A DNA stretch of 64,000 nt. Origin: Alphaproteobacteria bacterium. GTDB taxonomy: Bacteria; Pseudomonadota; Alphaproteobacteria; UBA828. The position numbers and the translations under genes are program-made. Below, piece after piece: positions 1 through 11,266 of this stretch (position 1 is the first letter of the stretch; the number at the start of each line of letters is the position of its first letter). The notes beneath the pieces were generated by a model. It saw nothing but the letters and a program-made list of their open reading frames with translations. It was not told where the DNA came from and did not search any database. The stretch spans positions 2,784,001 to 2,848,000 of the forward strand of contig CBDCCI010000002.1 in NCBI GenBank assembly GCA_965214705.1, written 5' to 3'.

Positions 1-2062
1 ACATGCCGCGCGCGAGGTCGCGCTCCAGGCTCGACGCCGTCGGCCGCCGGCCAAGCTGCCAGCGATAAACTTGCGTTCCTTCCAGAACCCGCTGCACGTA
101 GTTGCGGGTTTCCGAGAGCGGGATCATTTCGATCCAGTCGATGATGTCCACATCCGGGTCGTGCCGGGGATCGCCGTTCGCTGCGATCCAGCGGGAAACG
201 TTTCGCGGCCCGCCATTATAGGCGGCGACGGCCAGCAGGTACGAACCATCGAAGCGCGCGAGCATGTCGCTCAAGTAGCGGCTGCCGAGCGCGACATTGT
301 GCGCGCGATTGGAGGTGAGGCGTCTGCTGGACTGGCTCAGGCCCATCTTGCGGGCGACGCTCTTTGCGGTCCGGGGCATCAGCTGCATCAAACCGAGCGC
401 GCCTGAGCCGCTCCGTGCCAGTCGGTCGAAGCGGCTCTCCTGGCGGATCAGCGCGAGCACCAGGGCATGTTCGAGAGCGCCGTCCTCCCGTGCGAACGGC
501 ACGTTCACGAGCGGAAATAGCCGGTCGATGGAGACGTACCCGTCCCGCGCGGCGTGCTGGGCCGCACGAATCGCCTGCTCGGGCTGACCGACGGAAAGCG
601 CAAACGCCGAAATCATGGCGTAATCCGCCTCGTTGCGCGCGAGCGTGCTCAGGCGCTTGTAGAAAGAATCCACAAGATAGTCGCGGCCGAGAAACGTCAG
701 GAAGCGAACGGCCGCGAACAGCGCATGGTCGTTGAGCGTCGCAGCACCGGCGGCGCCGGAACCGGCGCCGATCAGCGGCGCGTCGGATGCGGCAATCCGG
801 GCCATTGCGACTTGGCCATAGAAGGTGGCCGGGTACGCCGCGGCCTTGCCGTACCAGAGAGCGGCCCCCTCCGGATCGCCGGACGTGTCTGCGGCCAGGC
901 CCGTCCAATAGGCCGCGCGTGCCCGGCTGATCGGCATGGTCACCGCGCCGTGCATACGCTCGAAATGGAGAAACGCACCGCGCGCATCGTCCAGGAAACG
1001 AAGCGCGATCCACCCGGCGAGCCATTCGGCTTCGGAATACGTCGAGGCCGCGGTCTGTCGGTGCTCGGCGGCGAGCGCGTAGGCCTCATCGACCAGCCCG
1101 TCCTCCAGGGCGTGGCGCGCCAGAGTGGCCCGCTCTCGCCACCAGAGCTTGGGCCTGGGGCCGAGATCCTGCGGTGGAGTCTCCAAGAGGGCCCGGGCAT
1201 CCTCGTCGCGACCCTTCTTTCGCCGCCAGCGCAGCCGCTCGTAGACAAGACCTGGATGATTGCGAAGCGACTGCGGCACGCGTGCAATCGCCCGATCCAC
1301 GCCACCGGCGTAGGCGCGCAGCGTCAGCCGCGCCTCCGCCAGCCGCTGCTGCCCCTCGTCGACATAGCGGTACATGCGCCGTGCCGCGCGGGCGTAATTG
1401 GCCCACACCAGGCGATCCAAGCGGGCGACATGATCCTCGGGCCGCAGGTGCGCGCGGTAGCGGCGGTAGGTCTCGCGCAGCTTCCGCCCGGTGAACCACC
1501 CCTCGACCCAAGCCTTGCGGACCAGTGCAGCCGCGCGATGTTCCTGGCCGATGCCGAACAGGGCGTCGGCATAGCGCAGTCGGCCCTCACGGCTGATGGG
1601 ATCGCGCCAGCGGTACCAGGCCAGGACCTCCGCATCGGAGACTCCCTTCGCCATGGCAGACTCAGCATTGATCTGGAGCAGTCTCTGATCCGGCCAATCC
1701 GGATACTCGTCCATGAAATGCGCGATGTCGGCGAAGGAAGCGCGGGTGCCCGGGCTGCTGTAGTCCCACCAGCGCAGGATCGTGGCGCCGAGGGGGTCGC
1801 TCGCTCTGCGGGCGAGGCGATGGGCACGGCTCCAGTTGTTGCGCGCCCCCGCTCTGAAGGCGTCGACATAAAGCGCGATGTCGGCCCGCGCCACGGCCGG
1901 CGGCATGGGCGGCGCCGGCTCCTCCTTGGCATAAGTCGGTGAGCCGAAGACGATCGGCAGAAGCACCGCCAGGGTAACGAGCACTGTCCAAATCGGCAGC
2001 GCGACGCGAGCGCGTACACGGTCCAGGAAAGCGGCGACTCGACGCGGCCTTGTTCCCAACAT
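1..2062 (-). CDS. slt: Soluble lytic murein transglycosylase (Slt family), runs off window start
   Basis: Not in the ORF track because there is no stop in the window. Manual translation from ATG 2062 gives a signal-like N-terminus ([36 protein letters not shown]) and the C-terminal SLT motifs [10 protein letters not shown] and [17 protein letters not shown]. Divergent from dapA, as is usual in alphaproteobacteria. Confidence 0.9.
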   Translation of the reverse strand, partial: MLGTRPRRVAAFLDRVRARVALPIWTVLVTLAVLLPIVFGSPTYAKEEPAPPMPPAVARADIALYVDAFRAGARNNWSRAHRLARRASDPLGATILRWWDYSSPGTRASFADIAHFMDEYPDWPDQRLLQINAESAMAKGVSDAEVLAWYRWRDPISREGRLRYADALFGIGQEHRAAALVRKAWVEGWFTGRKLRETYRRYRAHLRPEDHVARLDRLVWANYARAARRMYRYVDEGQQRLAEARLTLRAYAGGVDRAIARVPQSLRNHPGLVYERLRWRRKKGRDEDARALLETPPQDLGPRPKLWWRERATLARHALEDGLVDEAYALAAEHRQTAASTYSEAEWLAGWIALRFLDDARGAFLHFERMHGAVTMPISRARAAYWTGLAADTSGDPEGAALWYGKAAAYPATFYGQVAMARIAASDAPLIGAGSGAAGAATLNDHALFAAVRFLTFLGRDYLVDSFYKRLSTLARNEADYAMISAFALSVGQPEQAIRAAQHAARDGYVSIDRLFPLVNVPFAREDGALEHALVLALIRQESRFDRLARSGSGALGLMQLMPRTAKSVARKMGLSQSSRRLTSNRAHNVALGSRYLSDMLARFDGSYLLAVAAYNGGPRNVSRWIAANGDPRHDPDVDIIDWIEMIPLSETRNYVQRVLEGTQVYRWQLGRRPTASSLERDLARGM

Positions 2063-2114
2063 GCTGCCAACCTATTCTCGCCGAAGCCGCAATGCACGAC
2101 CGTGGGAGCGTGTC

Positions 2115-2990
2115 ATGTTCCAGGGATATCTGACGGCCCTGATCACGCCGTTCCGCAATGGCGAAGTGGATGAAGACGCCTACCGTGATTTCGTCGACTG
2201 GCAAATCGAGGAGGGTGCCGCCGGGCTCGTGCCCTGCGGAACCACGGGTGAATCGCCGACCCTCAGCCACGAGGAACACCACCGGGTGACCGAGATCTGC
2301 ATCGAGGTCGCGGCGGGACGGGTTCCGGTCGTGGCCGGCACGGGCTCGAACTCGACCGAAGAGGCGATCAGCCTCACCCGCCACGCCAAGGACGCCGGCG
2401 CAGACGGCGCGCTGCTCGTCATGCCCTATTACAACAAGCCGACGCAAGAGGGGATGTACGCCCACTACAAGGCGGTCAACGACGCCGTGGACATCCCGCA
2501 GATCATCTACAACATCCCCGGCCGGAGCGTGGTGGACATGTCGGTCGAGACCATGGCCCGCCTCGCCGAGCTTCCCAACGTGGTGGGCGTCAAGGATGCG
2601 ACCGCCGACTTGGGCCGGCCCACGCGCACCAGGAACACCATCGGCGAAGAGTTCTGCCAGCTCTCGGGCGAGGACGGGACGATCCTGGGTTTCCTGGCAC
2701 AAGGCGGCGACGGCTGCATCTCGGTGACCGCGAACGTGGCACCGCGCCAGTGCGCGGGCTTCTTCGCCGCGTGGGATCGTGGCGATGCCGCCGAGGCGCT
2801 GGATCGGCACAGCCAGCTGATGCCGCTCCACGACACGTTGTTCGTCGAGAGCAACCCGATCCCGGTCAAGTACGCCGCGTCGCTGCTCGGCAAGTGCGAG
2901 CCGGAGGTGAGGCTGCCGCTGACCTCGCCCAGCGAGGCGAACCGCGAGCGGATCGAATCGGCGATGCGCCGGGTCGGCCTCCTCAACTGA
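2115..2990 (+). CDS. dapA: 4-hydroxy-tetrahydrodipicolinate synthase
   Basis: [33 protein letters not shown] and VKDAT motifs; start placed at MFQG. Confidence 0.97.
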   Translation: MFQGYLTALITPFRNGEVDEDAYRDFVDWQIEEGAAGLVPCGTTGESPTLSHEEHHRVTEICIEVAAGRVPVVAGTGSNSTEEAISLTRHAKDAGADGALLVMPYYNKPTQEGMYAHYKAVNDAVDIPQIIYNIPGRSVVDMSVETMARLAELPNVVGVKDATADLGRPTRTRNTIGEEFCQLSGEDGTILGFLAQGGDGCISVTANVAPRQCAGFFAAWDRGDAAEALDRHSQLMPLHDTLFVESNPIPVKYAASLLGKCEPEVRLPLTSPSEANRERIESAMRRVGLLN

Positions 2991-3030
2991 GTACGGCACC
3001 GGGGCGGCGCCCCGCGACCAGCCTCTTACG

Positions 3031-3504
3031 GTGAGCGACAAATCCGCCCCCGGCGGCAAACGAATTGCGCAAAATCGCAAGGCGCGCCGCGACTATCATC
3101 TCGAACGCCCCTTCGAGGTCGGCATCCGGCTCACCGGGACCGAGGTCAAGTCGCTCCGGGCAGGACGGGCCAACATCAACGATGCCTACGCCACCGAACG
3201 TGGCGGCGAGGTGTTTCTCATCAACGCCCACATCGCCCAATACGACGGCGCCGGCCCGTTCAATCACGACCCACTACGGCCGCGAAAGCTGCTGCTGCAC
3301 AAGCGGGAGATACGCAAGCTGGTGGGGGCGCTGCGCCGTGGCGGCGTGACCCTGGTCCCGCTCGCCCTCTACTTCAACGAGCGCGGTATCGCCAAGGTGG
3401 CGCTCGCCATGGCCTCGGGAAAACGCAAGTACGACAAGCGCGCCGCGGAGAAGGCGCGGGACTGGCAGCGCCAGAAGGAACGGCTGGTCCGCGAACGCGG
3501 ATAG
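3031..3504 (+). CDS. smpB: SsrA-binding protein
   Basis: IAQNRKARRDY, GTEVKSLR, RKLLLHKREI and GKRKYDKR motifs. Confidence 0.97.
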   Translation: MSDKSAPGGKRIAQNRKARRDYHLERPFEVGIRLTGTEVKSLRAGRANINDAYATERGGEVFLINAHIAQYDGAGPFNHDPLRPRKLLLHKREIRKLVGALRRGGVTLVPLALYFNERGIAKVALAMASGKRKYDKRAAEKARDWQRQKERLVRERG

Positions 3505-3509
3505 AAGGA

Positions 3510-3523
3510 TTGAACGAAGCCGC
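3510..3523. repeat. Left 14-bp inverted repeat TTGAACGAAGCCGC
   Basis: Exact reverse complement of 6116-6129. Confidence 0.85.
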
Positions 3524-3740
3524 TACGCGGAGTTAGCGGCGTAGAGTTCATTCATTTCCGAGGCGTCGCGGGTGCCGTTTGTTCTGTGCGTTCGCTTCCC
3601 GGTTGCGTCAGTGGCGCTCCGCCCGTCGGGTGGCGGATCCCCAGCAGCCTCCCGATCACCAGTGGTTAGCATCGACCCCTGCGACGGACCGTCGCCGGAT
3701 CGGTCCGGCGGCGCGCCGTCGCGATCCAGGGAGATCGATA

Positions 3741-4619
3741 ATGACCGGGACCGCGTGCGACACGAACACCGTCACCCCTCTTCGCCAGCGCATGGAGGAG
3801 CAGCTCCGCATCGCCAATCTGGCCGCGAGCACGTCCAAGGCCTACATCTGCGAGATCAAGAACCTGGCCAGGTACTACGACGCCTCGCCGGACGAGCTCG
3901 ACGCCGAGCAGGTGCGCCAGTGGTACCTGGGGCGGATCGACAAGGGGCTCAGTCCGGGCACGACCAACGTCTCCTTCGCCGCGCTGAACTTCCTCTACAT
4001 CGACACACTCGGCTGGCCTGACCATGTCGCCGGCCTGCGCTCCCGCAAGAAGCCCGGCAAGCTGCCGCGCTACATGTCGGAGCAGGAGGTCGAGCACCTC
4101 ATCCTTGCGACACCCGACCTCCGCCACCGTGCTGCCATTGTCACCGGCTATGGCGGCGGGCTCCGCATCTCCGAGACCTTGGCCATCAAGGTCGGCGACA
4201 TCCTGTCGGAGAAGAAGCTGCTGCACATCCCCTCCGGCAAAGGCGGCACCGAGAGAATGGCACCGTTGCCGGACATCGTCATCCACTACTTGCGCGTCTA
4301 CTACAGGAACATCTGGCCGCGTCCGACGAGCTGGCTCTTCTACGGCGTCTCGCTCGACAGGCCCATCGCAACGGAGACCTTGCAGGCCGCCTTCAGGAGG
4401 GCGCGCGACATTGCCGAGCTCGACCGCAGCTACACCTTCCATTGCCTGCGCCATTCGGCGGCGACCCATCTCCTCGAGCGCGGCGGCGATATCGAGGTGA
4501 TCCGGGACATGCTCGGCCATCGAAGCGCGAACACGACCCGTCACTACGCCCGCGTCACCGGCAAGATGTTCGAGGGCCTCGACCACCCGATCTCAGGCTT
4601 CGCAGCGTTGCGCAACTGA
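3741..4619 (+). CDS. Tyrosine recombinase/integrase with N-terminal SAM-like domain
   Basis: GGGLRISE, GKGG, HCLRHSAATH, LGH and TRHY provide the catalytic R-K-H-R-H-Y set; GGGAG upstream of ATG 3741. Confidence 0.92.
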   Translation: MTGTACDTNTVTPLRQRMEEQLRIANLAASTSKAYICEIKNLARYYDASPDELDAEQVRQWYLGRIDKGLSPGTTNVSFAALNFLYIDTLGWPDHVAGLRSRKKPGKLPRYMSEQEVEHLILATPDLRHRAAIVTGYGGGLRISETLAIKVGDILSEKKLLHIPSGKGGTERMAPLPDIVIHYLRVYYRNIWPRPTSWLFYGVSLDRPIATETLQAAFRRARDIAELDRSYTFHCLRHSAATHLLERGGDIEVIRDMLGHRSANTTRHYARVTGKMFEGLDHPISGFAALRN

Positions 4620-4625
4620 CGGCGC

Positions 4626-5867
4626 GTGGAGGCCGAACGCGCGGGCGTGGCGGAGATCTTCCGCCGCGCCGGCGCCGCTTTCCGTGAGCGCCACAAAGGG
4701 CGCATCGACGCCGCCCGGCTCAAGGTCATGGGCGCCATCGAGGCGTGCCGCACCGCCGTGCTCGGCGGCCACATGTACGCCTGCGAGGGCTGCGGGCGCG
4801 AGCATCCGCTCTTCAACTCCTGCCGCAACCGCCACTGCCCCACCTGCCAGGGTCTCGCCGCCAACCTCTGGAGCGAGGAGCGCGCCGGGGACATCCTGCC
4901 GGTGCCCTACTTCCATGTGGTCTTCACCCTGCCCAAGGAGGTTGCCGCCATTGCCTTCTGCAACCGCAGGGTGGTGTTCGACATCCTCTTCCGGGCCGTC
5001 GCCGAGACCCTGCGCACCATCGCCGCCGATCCCCGCCACGGCGGCATGCGCATCGGCGGCACCGCGGTCCTCCATACCTGGGATCAGAAGCTCCGCTTCC
5101 ACCCGCACCTGCACGTGGTCGTGCCCAACGCGGGCTTCGACGTAGACAGTGGCGAGTGGAAGACGGGGAGCACCACCTTCCTCGCCCCCGTCAAGGTCCT
5201 CGGCAGCCTGTTCCGCCGCCTCTTCCTCGAGGAGCTCGCCCGCGCCCACGGCCGGGGGGACCTGGAGTTCCACGGCACCCTCGCCCACCTCGCCAATCCC
5301 GGCGAGTTCCACGCCACGCTTGCCGCCGCCCGGGCCAGGGACTGGGTGGTCTACGCCAAGCGGCCCTTCCGCGGGCCTGAGCAGGTCTTCCGGTACCTGT
5401 CGCACTACACGCACAGGATCGCCATCTCCGACAGCCGCATCGTCTCCTTCGACGGCGAGACGGTCTCCTTCCGCCACCGAAAGCCCAAGGCGCCGGGGCA
5501 GAGAAAGCCGCGCTACGGCATCGCCACCGTGAGCGCCGACGAGTTCATCCGCCGCTTCCTGAGGCACGTCCTGCCGGACGGCATGCACCGCATTCGCTAC
5601 TTCGGCATCCTCGCCAACGGCTGCCGCGCCAGCACGCTGGAGAGAGCACGCCAGGCTCTCGGCGCCCTCGGCTGCGCCGCCCCCGAGGGAAGCGTGGACG
5701 GCGCTCGGGCCGAGCCCGACGAAGAGCCCGAGATCGGCACCGCGCCCGTGGCCTGCCCCCACTGCGGCGGCGTCATGCGCCTCGTCCGCGAAATCCGCCG
5801 CCGCCATGAGCCCCGCTCGACGCGCGGCCCGCCGGCGCTGCCGCCGACCCACAGGGGGAAACCGTGA
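4626..5867 (+). CDS. IS91-family (Y2/HUH) transposase
   Basis: Zn-binding NSCRNRHCPTCQ, HVVFTLP, HUH motif HPHLHVV, Y2 motif YLSHY, HRIRYFG and C-terminal CPHCG. Confidence 0.93.
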   Translation: MEAERAGVAEIFRRAGAAFRERHKGRIDAARLKVMGAIEACRTAVLGGHMYACEGCGREHPLFNSCRNRHCPTCQGLAANLWSEERAGDILPVPYFHVVFTLPKEVAAIAFCNRRVVFDILFRAVAETLRTIAADPRHGGMRIGGTAVLHTWDQKLRFHPHLHVVVPNAGFDVDSGEWKTGSTTFLAPVKVLGSLFRRLFLEELARAHGRGDLEFHGTLAHLANPGEFHATLAAARARDWVVYAKRPFRGPEQVFRYLSHYTHRIAISDSRIVSFDGETVSFRHRKPKAPGQRKPRYGIATVSADEFIRRFLRHVLPDGMHRIRYFGILANGCRASTLERARQALGALGCAAPEGSVDGARAEPDEEPEIGTAPVACPHCGGVMRLVREIRRRHEPRSTRGPPALPPTHRGKP

Positions 5868-6115
5868 GACGCCCGCTCGCTTCGGCCCCGCGCAACGGCG
5901 CCAAAGCGCCGACGCACGACCGAACCTGTCTCCGCTTGAGCCGGGCTGACAGCCCTCGGCTCACACCCCGCTCAGTCCTCGCAGCGTGCGCCCGCATGCC
6001 TGCCGAAAGACCGGCGCGAGCGTCGATTTTATGCGCAACTCTGCTGCCGGTGGATGCCGCCTGACGCTGACATCAGCGCACTTTCCACATAGCTCAACTT
6101 CGCCTCTCGTGGCCC

Positions 6116-6171
6116 GCGGCTTCGTTCAAAAGGGTTGGGCAGGCTCTCGAGAGAGAGCCTGCCCAACCCTT
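6116..6171. repeat. Right inverted repeat plus 19-bp perfect hairpin
   Basis: GCGGCTTCGTTCAA followed by AAGGGTTGGGCAGGCTCTC-gaga-GAGAGCCTGCCCAACCCTT. Confidence 0.85.
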
Positions 6172-6184
6172 AACCTTTGCCGGC

Positions 6185-6847
6185 TCAGGCGCGGGCCTCG
6201 TCCAACACATCCCGAATCGCGGCGAAGACATCGGCAAACATCGCCGGCGTGAGACGGCCCGTGTTCGTGTTGAGGCGAGAACAGTGGTAGCTATCGAACA
6301 GTAGGCGCCCGTCTTCCAAAGAATGGACCGCGCCGTGGACGAAGCGATGGCTGCCGGCGCGGAACCCCAGCGACCTCAGCACCGCGCCGTGAGCGACCAG
6401 GCCCAGCGCGAGGATCGCCCGAAGCCGTGTCATCGCCGCGATCTCGGCCGTGAGGAACTGACGGCACGCCGCGATTTCCGCTCCCTTCGGCTGGTTCTGC
6501 GGAGGGACACAGCGAACCGCATTGGTGATCCGGCAATCGTGCAGGGTGAGGCCATCGGCGGCGTGGGCGCCGTAGGCACCGTGGGCGAAGCCGAAATCGC
6601 CGAGAGTGGCGTAAAGCAGGTCGCCGGCAAAATCGCCTGTGAAGGGCCGGCCTGTGCGATTGGCGCCGCGCAGGCCGGGCGCGAGACCGACGATCAACAG
6701 TCGCGCATCAAGTCCACCGAAGCTCGTCACCGGTGCATTGTGCCAGTCCGGCTCGGCAGCCCTATGACCTTCACGAAAGGCGGCGAGTCGTGGGCACAGG
6801 TCGCAGTCCCGGTCCGGTGCGCGCGGAGCCGGCGCCGGCGTGCTCAC
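6185..6847 (-). CDS. Uracil-DNA glycosylase (family 4/5, Fe-S type)
   Basis: CDLCPRL, VGLAPGLRGANRTGRPFTGD, NAVRCVPPQN and SYHCSRLNTNTG. Confidence 0.92.
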   Translation of the reverse strand: MSTPAPAPRAPDRDCDLCPRLAAFREGHRAAEPDWHNAPVTSFGGLDARLLIVGLAPGLRGANRTGRPFTGDFAGDLLYATLGDFGFAHGAYGAHAADGLTLHDCRITNAVRCVPPQNQPKGAEIAACRQFLTAEIAAMTRLRAILALGLVAHGAVLRSLGFRAGSHRFVHGAVHSLEDGRLLFDSYHCSRLNTNTGRLTPAMFADVFAAIRDVLDEARA

Positions 6848-7491
6848 GCCGTGTGCGCGACCTCGTCGGCCATCTCGTCCTCCTCACCCTCGTCGCCGTA
6901 CCCCTCGTACTCGTCCTCCATCGGCTCCCTCAGAGTCCGGGCACGTTCGTGCCGCCACTTCGGCTCGCGCGCGATCACGGGCTCGAGCTCCTGCAGCTCA
7001 ATGAAGGTGTCGGCTTGTCGGCGGAGTTCGTCGGCAATCATCGGGGGCTGCGAGCGGATCGTGCTGACAACCGATACCCGCACACCCTTGCGCTGGACGG
7101 CCTCGGTCACACGGCGAAAATCGCCATCGCCCGAGAACAGCACGATGTGGTCGAGGACGTCGGCCAACTCCATCATGTCGACCGCGATTTCGATATCCAT
7201 GTCGCCCTTGACCTTGCGGCGACCCAAGGAATCGGTGAACTCCTTGGTCGGCTTCGTGATCAAGGTGTAGCCGTTGTAGTCGAGCCAATCGACCAGCGGC
7301 CGGATCGGCGAATACTCCTGATCCTCGATGAGAGCCGTGTAATAGAGAGCACGGATGAGCCGGGCCTTGCCCGCGAACTCCTCCCTCAAGCGCTTGTAGT
7401 CAATGTCGAATCCGAGCGAACGGGCTGCGGCGTAGAGATTTGCGCCGTCGATAAAGAGGCCGATCCGCTCTTGCGGGTTGAAATCCATCAA
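6844..7491 (-). CDS. NYN domain (LabA/DUF88) protein
   Basis: FIDGANLY, KGDMDIEIAVD, LFSGDGDF and LRRQAD motifs. Confidence 0.93.
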   Translation of the reverse strand: MMDFNPQERIGLFIDGANLYAAARSLGFDIDYKRLREEFAGKARLIRALYYTALIEDQEYSPIRPLVDWLDYNGYTLITKPTKEFTDSLGRRKVKGDMDIEIAVDMMELADVLDHIVLFSGDGDFRRVTEAVQRKGVRVSVVSTIRSQPPMIADELRRQADTFIELQELEPVIAREPKWRHERARTLREPMEDEYEGYGDEGEEDEMADEVAHTA

Positions 7492-7651
7492 GTTCTATCC
7501 TTCTCGGTCAGGTAAGGCAGAATACCGGAGAGCATGCCGTTGCTGCGTGGCGCATCTCTCCGTCGCCCACGAGGTCGCGGGCGCTTGGCACGCGCGCCAT
7601 AACTAGGGATTATCGGAGAGCGGGACAAGTGCAAGAGCGCGTTTCGTCACA

Positions 7652-8179
7652 ATGATTTTGGTCGCACTCGGTGCGAACCTCGCAAGCGCGCGTCATGGCA
7701 CGCCAGCCGAGGGGCTGGACGCAGCGCTCGCTGCGCTTGCCGAGCACGGAATCCTGCCCGTCGCGCGGTCGCGGTGGTACCGCAGCGCGCCGGTTCCACC
7801 CGCGCAAGGCCCCTGGTTCGTCAACGGCGTGGTCCGGGTCGAGACGACGCTCTCCCCCGTCCCGCTCATGGCGCACCTCCTTGCCGTCGAAGCGGCGTTC
7901 GGACGACGGCGGAGCATTGCCGGCGCGGACCGTCCCCTCGACCTCGATCTCCTGGACTACGATGGCCAGGTCGTCCACCACGCCGCCAGCGACGACGGAC
8001 CGGCACTCAGCCTCCCTCACCCCAGGCTTGCGGAACGCGCGTTCGTGCTGGCACCGCTCATTGAGGTGGCCCCCGACTGGCGGCATCCGGTGAGCGGCGC
8101 CACCGCCGCATCTCTGCTCGCGGTGGTGGCGGGGGATCAGACCATCGAGCCGCTTTCGCCTGCCCCAACCGGCGCGTGA
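7652..8179 (+). CDS. folK: 2-amino-4-hydroxy-6-hydroxymethyldihydropteridine diphosphokinase
   Basis: VALGANL, FVNGV, RPLDLDLL and LPHPRLAERAFVLAPL. Confidence 0.93.
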   Translation: MILVALGANLASARHGTPAEGLDAALAALAEHGILPVARSRWYRSAPVPPAQGPWFVNGVVRVETTLSPVPLMAHLLAVEAAFGRRRSIAGADRPLDLDLLDYDGQVVHHAASDDGPALSLPHPRLAERAFVLAPLIEVAPDWRHPVSGATAASLLAVVAGDQTIEPLSPAPTGA

Positions 8180-8396
8180 CTGCGCCGGCGCTCCGGTAGC
8201 GAACCGCCCACAATCGGACGCTTGCGAGCGCCCGATCGCAAAATCGCATATTGATTTGATCATTTTCGATAGCGAGAGATATCATGGCCCGGCCGCGGAC
8301 GGCGGCCCGGTAGGGCGGAGGCGGCGGCTTCCGACGAGGGCTCTGCAATCGCGTCGGCTACACGCTCGGCAGCCGGCGCCACGGTCGAAGGACGGA

Positions 8397-9701
8397 ATGC
8401 GAAGACTACTGGCAGCCGGCATTGCCGGCTTGATGATGATTTCCCTCCCGGCGATTACGCTCGCCGACGAGGACCAGGAAACCTATGAGCAGCTCGATCT
8501 GTTCGGCGACATTCTCGAACGAATACGGGACGAGTATGTCGAGGAAGTAAGCACGTCCGACCTGATCGATGCCGCCATCGAGGGCATGATCGGCTCGCTC
8601 GATCCGCATTCGAAGTACCATAACCCCAAGAGCTACAAGGAAGTCCAGGTTCAGGCGCGGGGTGAGTTCGGCGGCCTCGGCATCGAAGTGACGATGGAGA
8701 ACGGCCTCGTCAAGGTGATCGCGCCGATCGACGACACGCCCGCGCAGCGTGCCGGGATCGAGGCGGGGGACCTGGTGACCCATCTCGACGACGAGCCGGT
8801 GCTCGGTCTCACCCTCCAGCAGGCGGTCGACAGGATGCGCGGCCCCGCCAACTCCGAGATCACGCTCACCGTCCGCCGCAGAGGGGTGGAGGAGGATCTG
8901 ACGTTTCCGATCACCCGCGCGATCATCAAAATTCGTTCGGTGCGCGCGCGGGTGGTGGATGACGAGATCATCCTCGCGCGGATCTCGACGTTCTCCGAGC
9001 ACACGTCCGACGATCTCGAGGGAACACTGGGCGACCTGTGGGACGAGCGGGGCGATCAGGTGCTCGGCGCCGTACTTGACCTCCGCAACAATCCCGGAGG
9101 CCTTCTCGATCAGGCGATTGCGGTCTCGGATGCGTTCCTGGAACGGGGTGAAATCGTATCGACCAGGGGTCGGGACCCCGACAGCATTCTGCGCTTCAAC
9201 GCGCGCCAAGGAGACATCATCGACGGCCTGCCGCTGGTCGTGCTGATCAACAGCGGGACGGCCTCGGCCTCCGAGATCGTGGCCGGTGCGCTACAGGATC
9301 ACGGGCGGGCACTACTCCTCGGCACCCGCTCGTTCGGCAAGGGCTCGGTGCAGACGGTGCTTCCGCTCAGCGGGCGCGGCGCACTGCGGCTTACCACGGC
9401 GCGCTACTTCACGCCGTCCGGCCGCTCGATCCAGGAACAGGGGATCGACCCCGATATCGTCGTGGAGCAGATTCGGCCCGAGCCCGAGCCAGAGGCTGAC
9501 GCGGTGCCTGAACGGCGGGAAGAGGACCTGCGGGGCCATCTCGACAATGACGGGTCCGGTGTCGAGGACGAAGTTGACCCGGTGACGGAGGAGGCTGTCC
9601 AGGTTGAGGACGACCCGGCGGATGGCGACTATCAACTGGCCCGCGCGATCGAGCAGCTGCGCGGCTTCCACGTCCTCTCGGGCAGAGCGATCGTAAACTG
9701 A
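8397..9701 (+). CDS. ctpA: Carboxy-terminal processing protease (S41, PDZ)
   Basis: Signal peptide, [32 protein letters not shown] and FGKGSVQ. Confidence 0.93.
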   Translation: MRRLLAAGIAGLMMISLPAITLADEDQETYEQLDLFGDILERIRDEYVEEVSTSDLIDAAIEGMIGSLDPHSKYHNPKSYKEVQVQARGEFGGLGIEVTMENGLVKVIAPIDDTPAQRAGIEAGDLVTHLDDEPVLGLTLQQAVDRMRGPANSEITLTVRRRGVEEDLTFPITRAIIKIRSVRARVVDDEIILARISTFSEHTSDDLEGTLGDLWDERGDQVLGAVLDLRNNPGGLLDQAIAVSDAFLERGEIVSTRGRDPDSILRFNARQGDIIDGLPLVVLINSGTASASEIVAGALQDHGRALLLGTRSFGKGSVQTVLPLSGRGALRLTTARYFTPSGRSIQEQGIDPDIVVEQIRPEPEPEADAVPERREEDLRGHLDNDGSGVEDEVDPVTEEAVQVEDDPADGDYQLARAIEQLRGFHVLSGRAIVN

Positions 9702-9735
9702 GCCGGCACGCGCGTCGGCCCCACCTCCGGGTGAC

Positions 9736-10248
9736 ATGAATAGTCTCGACGGGCTCCCCTATCGGCCCTGTGTCGGCGTGCTGTTGTTCAATGCACGGCG
9801 GCAGGTCTTCGTCGGGCAGCGCATCGACATGGTGCAGGAAGCCTGGCAGATGCCGCAGGGCGGCATCGACCGGGGCGAAGGCCCGCGTGATACGGCGCTA
9901 AGGGAGCTTGAGGAAGAGACCGGCGTCAGACCCGACAAGGTGGAACTCGTCGCGGAAACGCGGGAGTGGCTGCGCTACGACTTGCCGCCCAACCTGGTAA
10001 ACCGCGTCTGGCGCGGGCGCTACCGGGGCCAGGAGCAGAAGTGGTTCGCTGCGCGCTTCCTCGGTACCGATGCCGACATCGACATCGACACCCCGCATCC
10101 CGAGTTCAGCGGCTGGCGCTGGTCGCCGGTCGACGAAATCGCCACGAACGCCGTTTCCTTCAAGCGGGCGCTCTACGAAGCGGTGATTGCTGAGTTTCGC
10201 CCGTTTCTTTATCCCGCAACCGCACCAGACGGCGGACATAAAGCCTGA
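9736..10248 (+). CDS. rppH: RNA pyrophosphohydrolase (Nudix)
   Basis: [23 protein letters not shown] and YRGQEQKWF. Confidence 0.93.
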   Translation: MNSLDGLPYRPCVGVLLFNARRQVFVGQRIDMVQEAWQMPQGGIDRGEGPRDTALRELEEETGVRPDKVELVAETREWLRYDLPPNLVNRVWRGRYRGQEQKWFAARFLGTDADIDIDTPHPEFSGWRWSPVDEIATNAVSFKRALYEAVIAEFRPFLYPATAPDGGHKA

Positions 10249-11023
10249 GCGCAAGCCAAGTCAGCGCCGCGATAATTCTTCCCAGCCGTCCCTGCGGCTT
10301 GATGCCGACCGCCTTCAAGGTCATGCCAACGCCGCGCTGAACGTGATCCCGCCGGTAAAGCGGGAGCGTGCGCGCCGCATAAGCGAGGGTGGCGCGTCGG
10401 CGAACGTAGGGATCGGGCTCGCCGGCACCGGAGTGATAGGCGTAGGAGAGCTCGTCGTCGGTCGACTCGAATAGACGGCCGAGCGCCACCTTGGCCCGCG
10501 CAATCCGGCCGACTCCCTCGATATCCCGATAGCGCTTCATGGTGGTGTAGAAGAGCTTGTAATGGCGGAACTCGTCGCCTGCGATCCGCTTGCAGATCGC
10601 CTTGAAGACTGGTTCTTCGGCGGCATCGCGCAGCGCGCTGTAGTAGGTGGACGTGCCGACCTCGACGATACAGCGCGCCACCATCTCGGCGCAGCGGGAA
10701 CCCCGGATCGATTCGCTCGCCTCCACGTCGATGGGATGGCCCGCGACGAAGCGGGCGAAGGTCGCGTCGAAGTCAAACGTGGGGTCCGCGAGCTCGGCAT
10801 AGCGGCGCAGGGCCGCGCCGTGCTGGACCTCCTCCTCCGCCCAGGCGAGAGCATCGGCGCAAAAGCCGGGATCGTCGTGAAACACGCCGCAGAGGTACTT
10901 GCCGTAATCGGCGCTGTGGTGCTCGACCATGCACGCCGCCTTGGCAATCTTGACCATTTCCGGGTCGATCTTCGACCGGTCGAACTGGTCCCACGGAATG
11001 TCGTCAAGGCTCCAGTGGCCCAC
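10160..11023 (-). CDS. Ferritin-like di-iron domain protein
   Basis: WSLDDIPW start with two ExxH motifs (EEVQH, DEFRH); the 3' end overlaps rppH. Confidence 0.8.
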   Translation of the reverse strand: MGHWSLDDIPWDQFDRSKIDPEMVKIAKAACMVEHHSADYGKYLCGVFHDDPGFCADALAWAEEEVQHGAALRRYAELADPTFDFDATFARFVAGHPIDVEASESIRGSRCAEMVARCIVEVGTSTYYSALRDAAEEPVFKAICKRIAGDEFRHYKLFYTTMKRYRDIEGVGRIARAKVALGRLFESTDDELSYAYHSGAGEPDPYVRRRATLAYAARTLPLYRRDHVQRGVGMTLKAVGIKPQGRLGRIIAALTWLALRLYVRRLVRLRDKETGETQQSPLRRAPA

Positions 11024-11129
11024 GGTCCGCTTCCTGGATTAAGACGATTCGACGAGCCCGCACTATAGCACGCTGGACCCGCACGACGCTAAGGGCGGAA
11101 ACAGGTCCACATCCTGCTTGACGGCTCAT

Positions 11130-11152
11130 AACCTTTATTCAAAATACATCTT
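11130..11152. promoter_or_regulatory. Candidate NsrR box upstream of nirK
   Basis: AACCTTTATTCAAAATACATCTT; the right half matches the NsrR consensus AAGATGYATTTnAAATRCATCTT exactly, and an nsrR-like gene is adjacent. Confidence 0.6.
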
Positions 11153-11266
11153 TAAGCGCCCAAGGGTCGTCTCAGCGGCCCATCGAATGGGTTGGGGCAG
11201 GGCCGATCCGCATCCGGGCGCATTGAATACATGCGATGAGGCAACAGCGGATAGGAGGGTACAGCC

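Larger units (their letters stand above)
3510..6171 (+). mobile_element. IS91-like element encoding a tyrosine recombinase plus a Y2/HUH transposase
   Basis: Two mobile genes between smpB and the UDG gene. Bounded by a 14-bp inverted repeat (3510-3523 / 6116-6129) and a 19-bp perfect hairpin (6130-6171). Exact ends are inferred. Confidence 0.8.
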
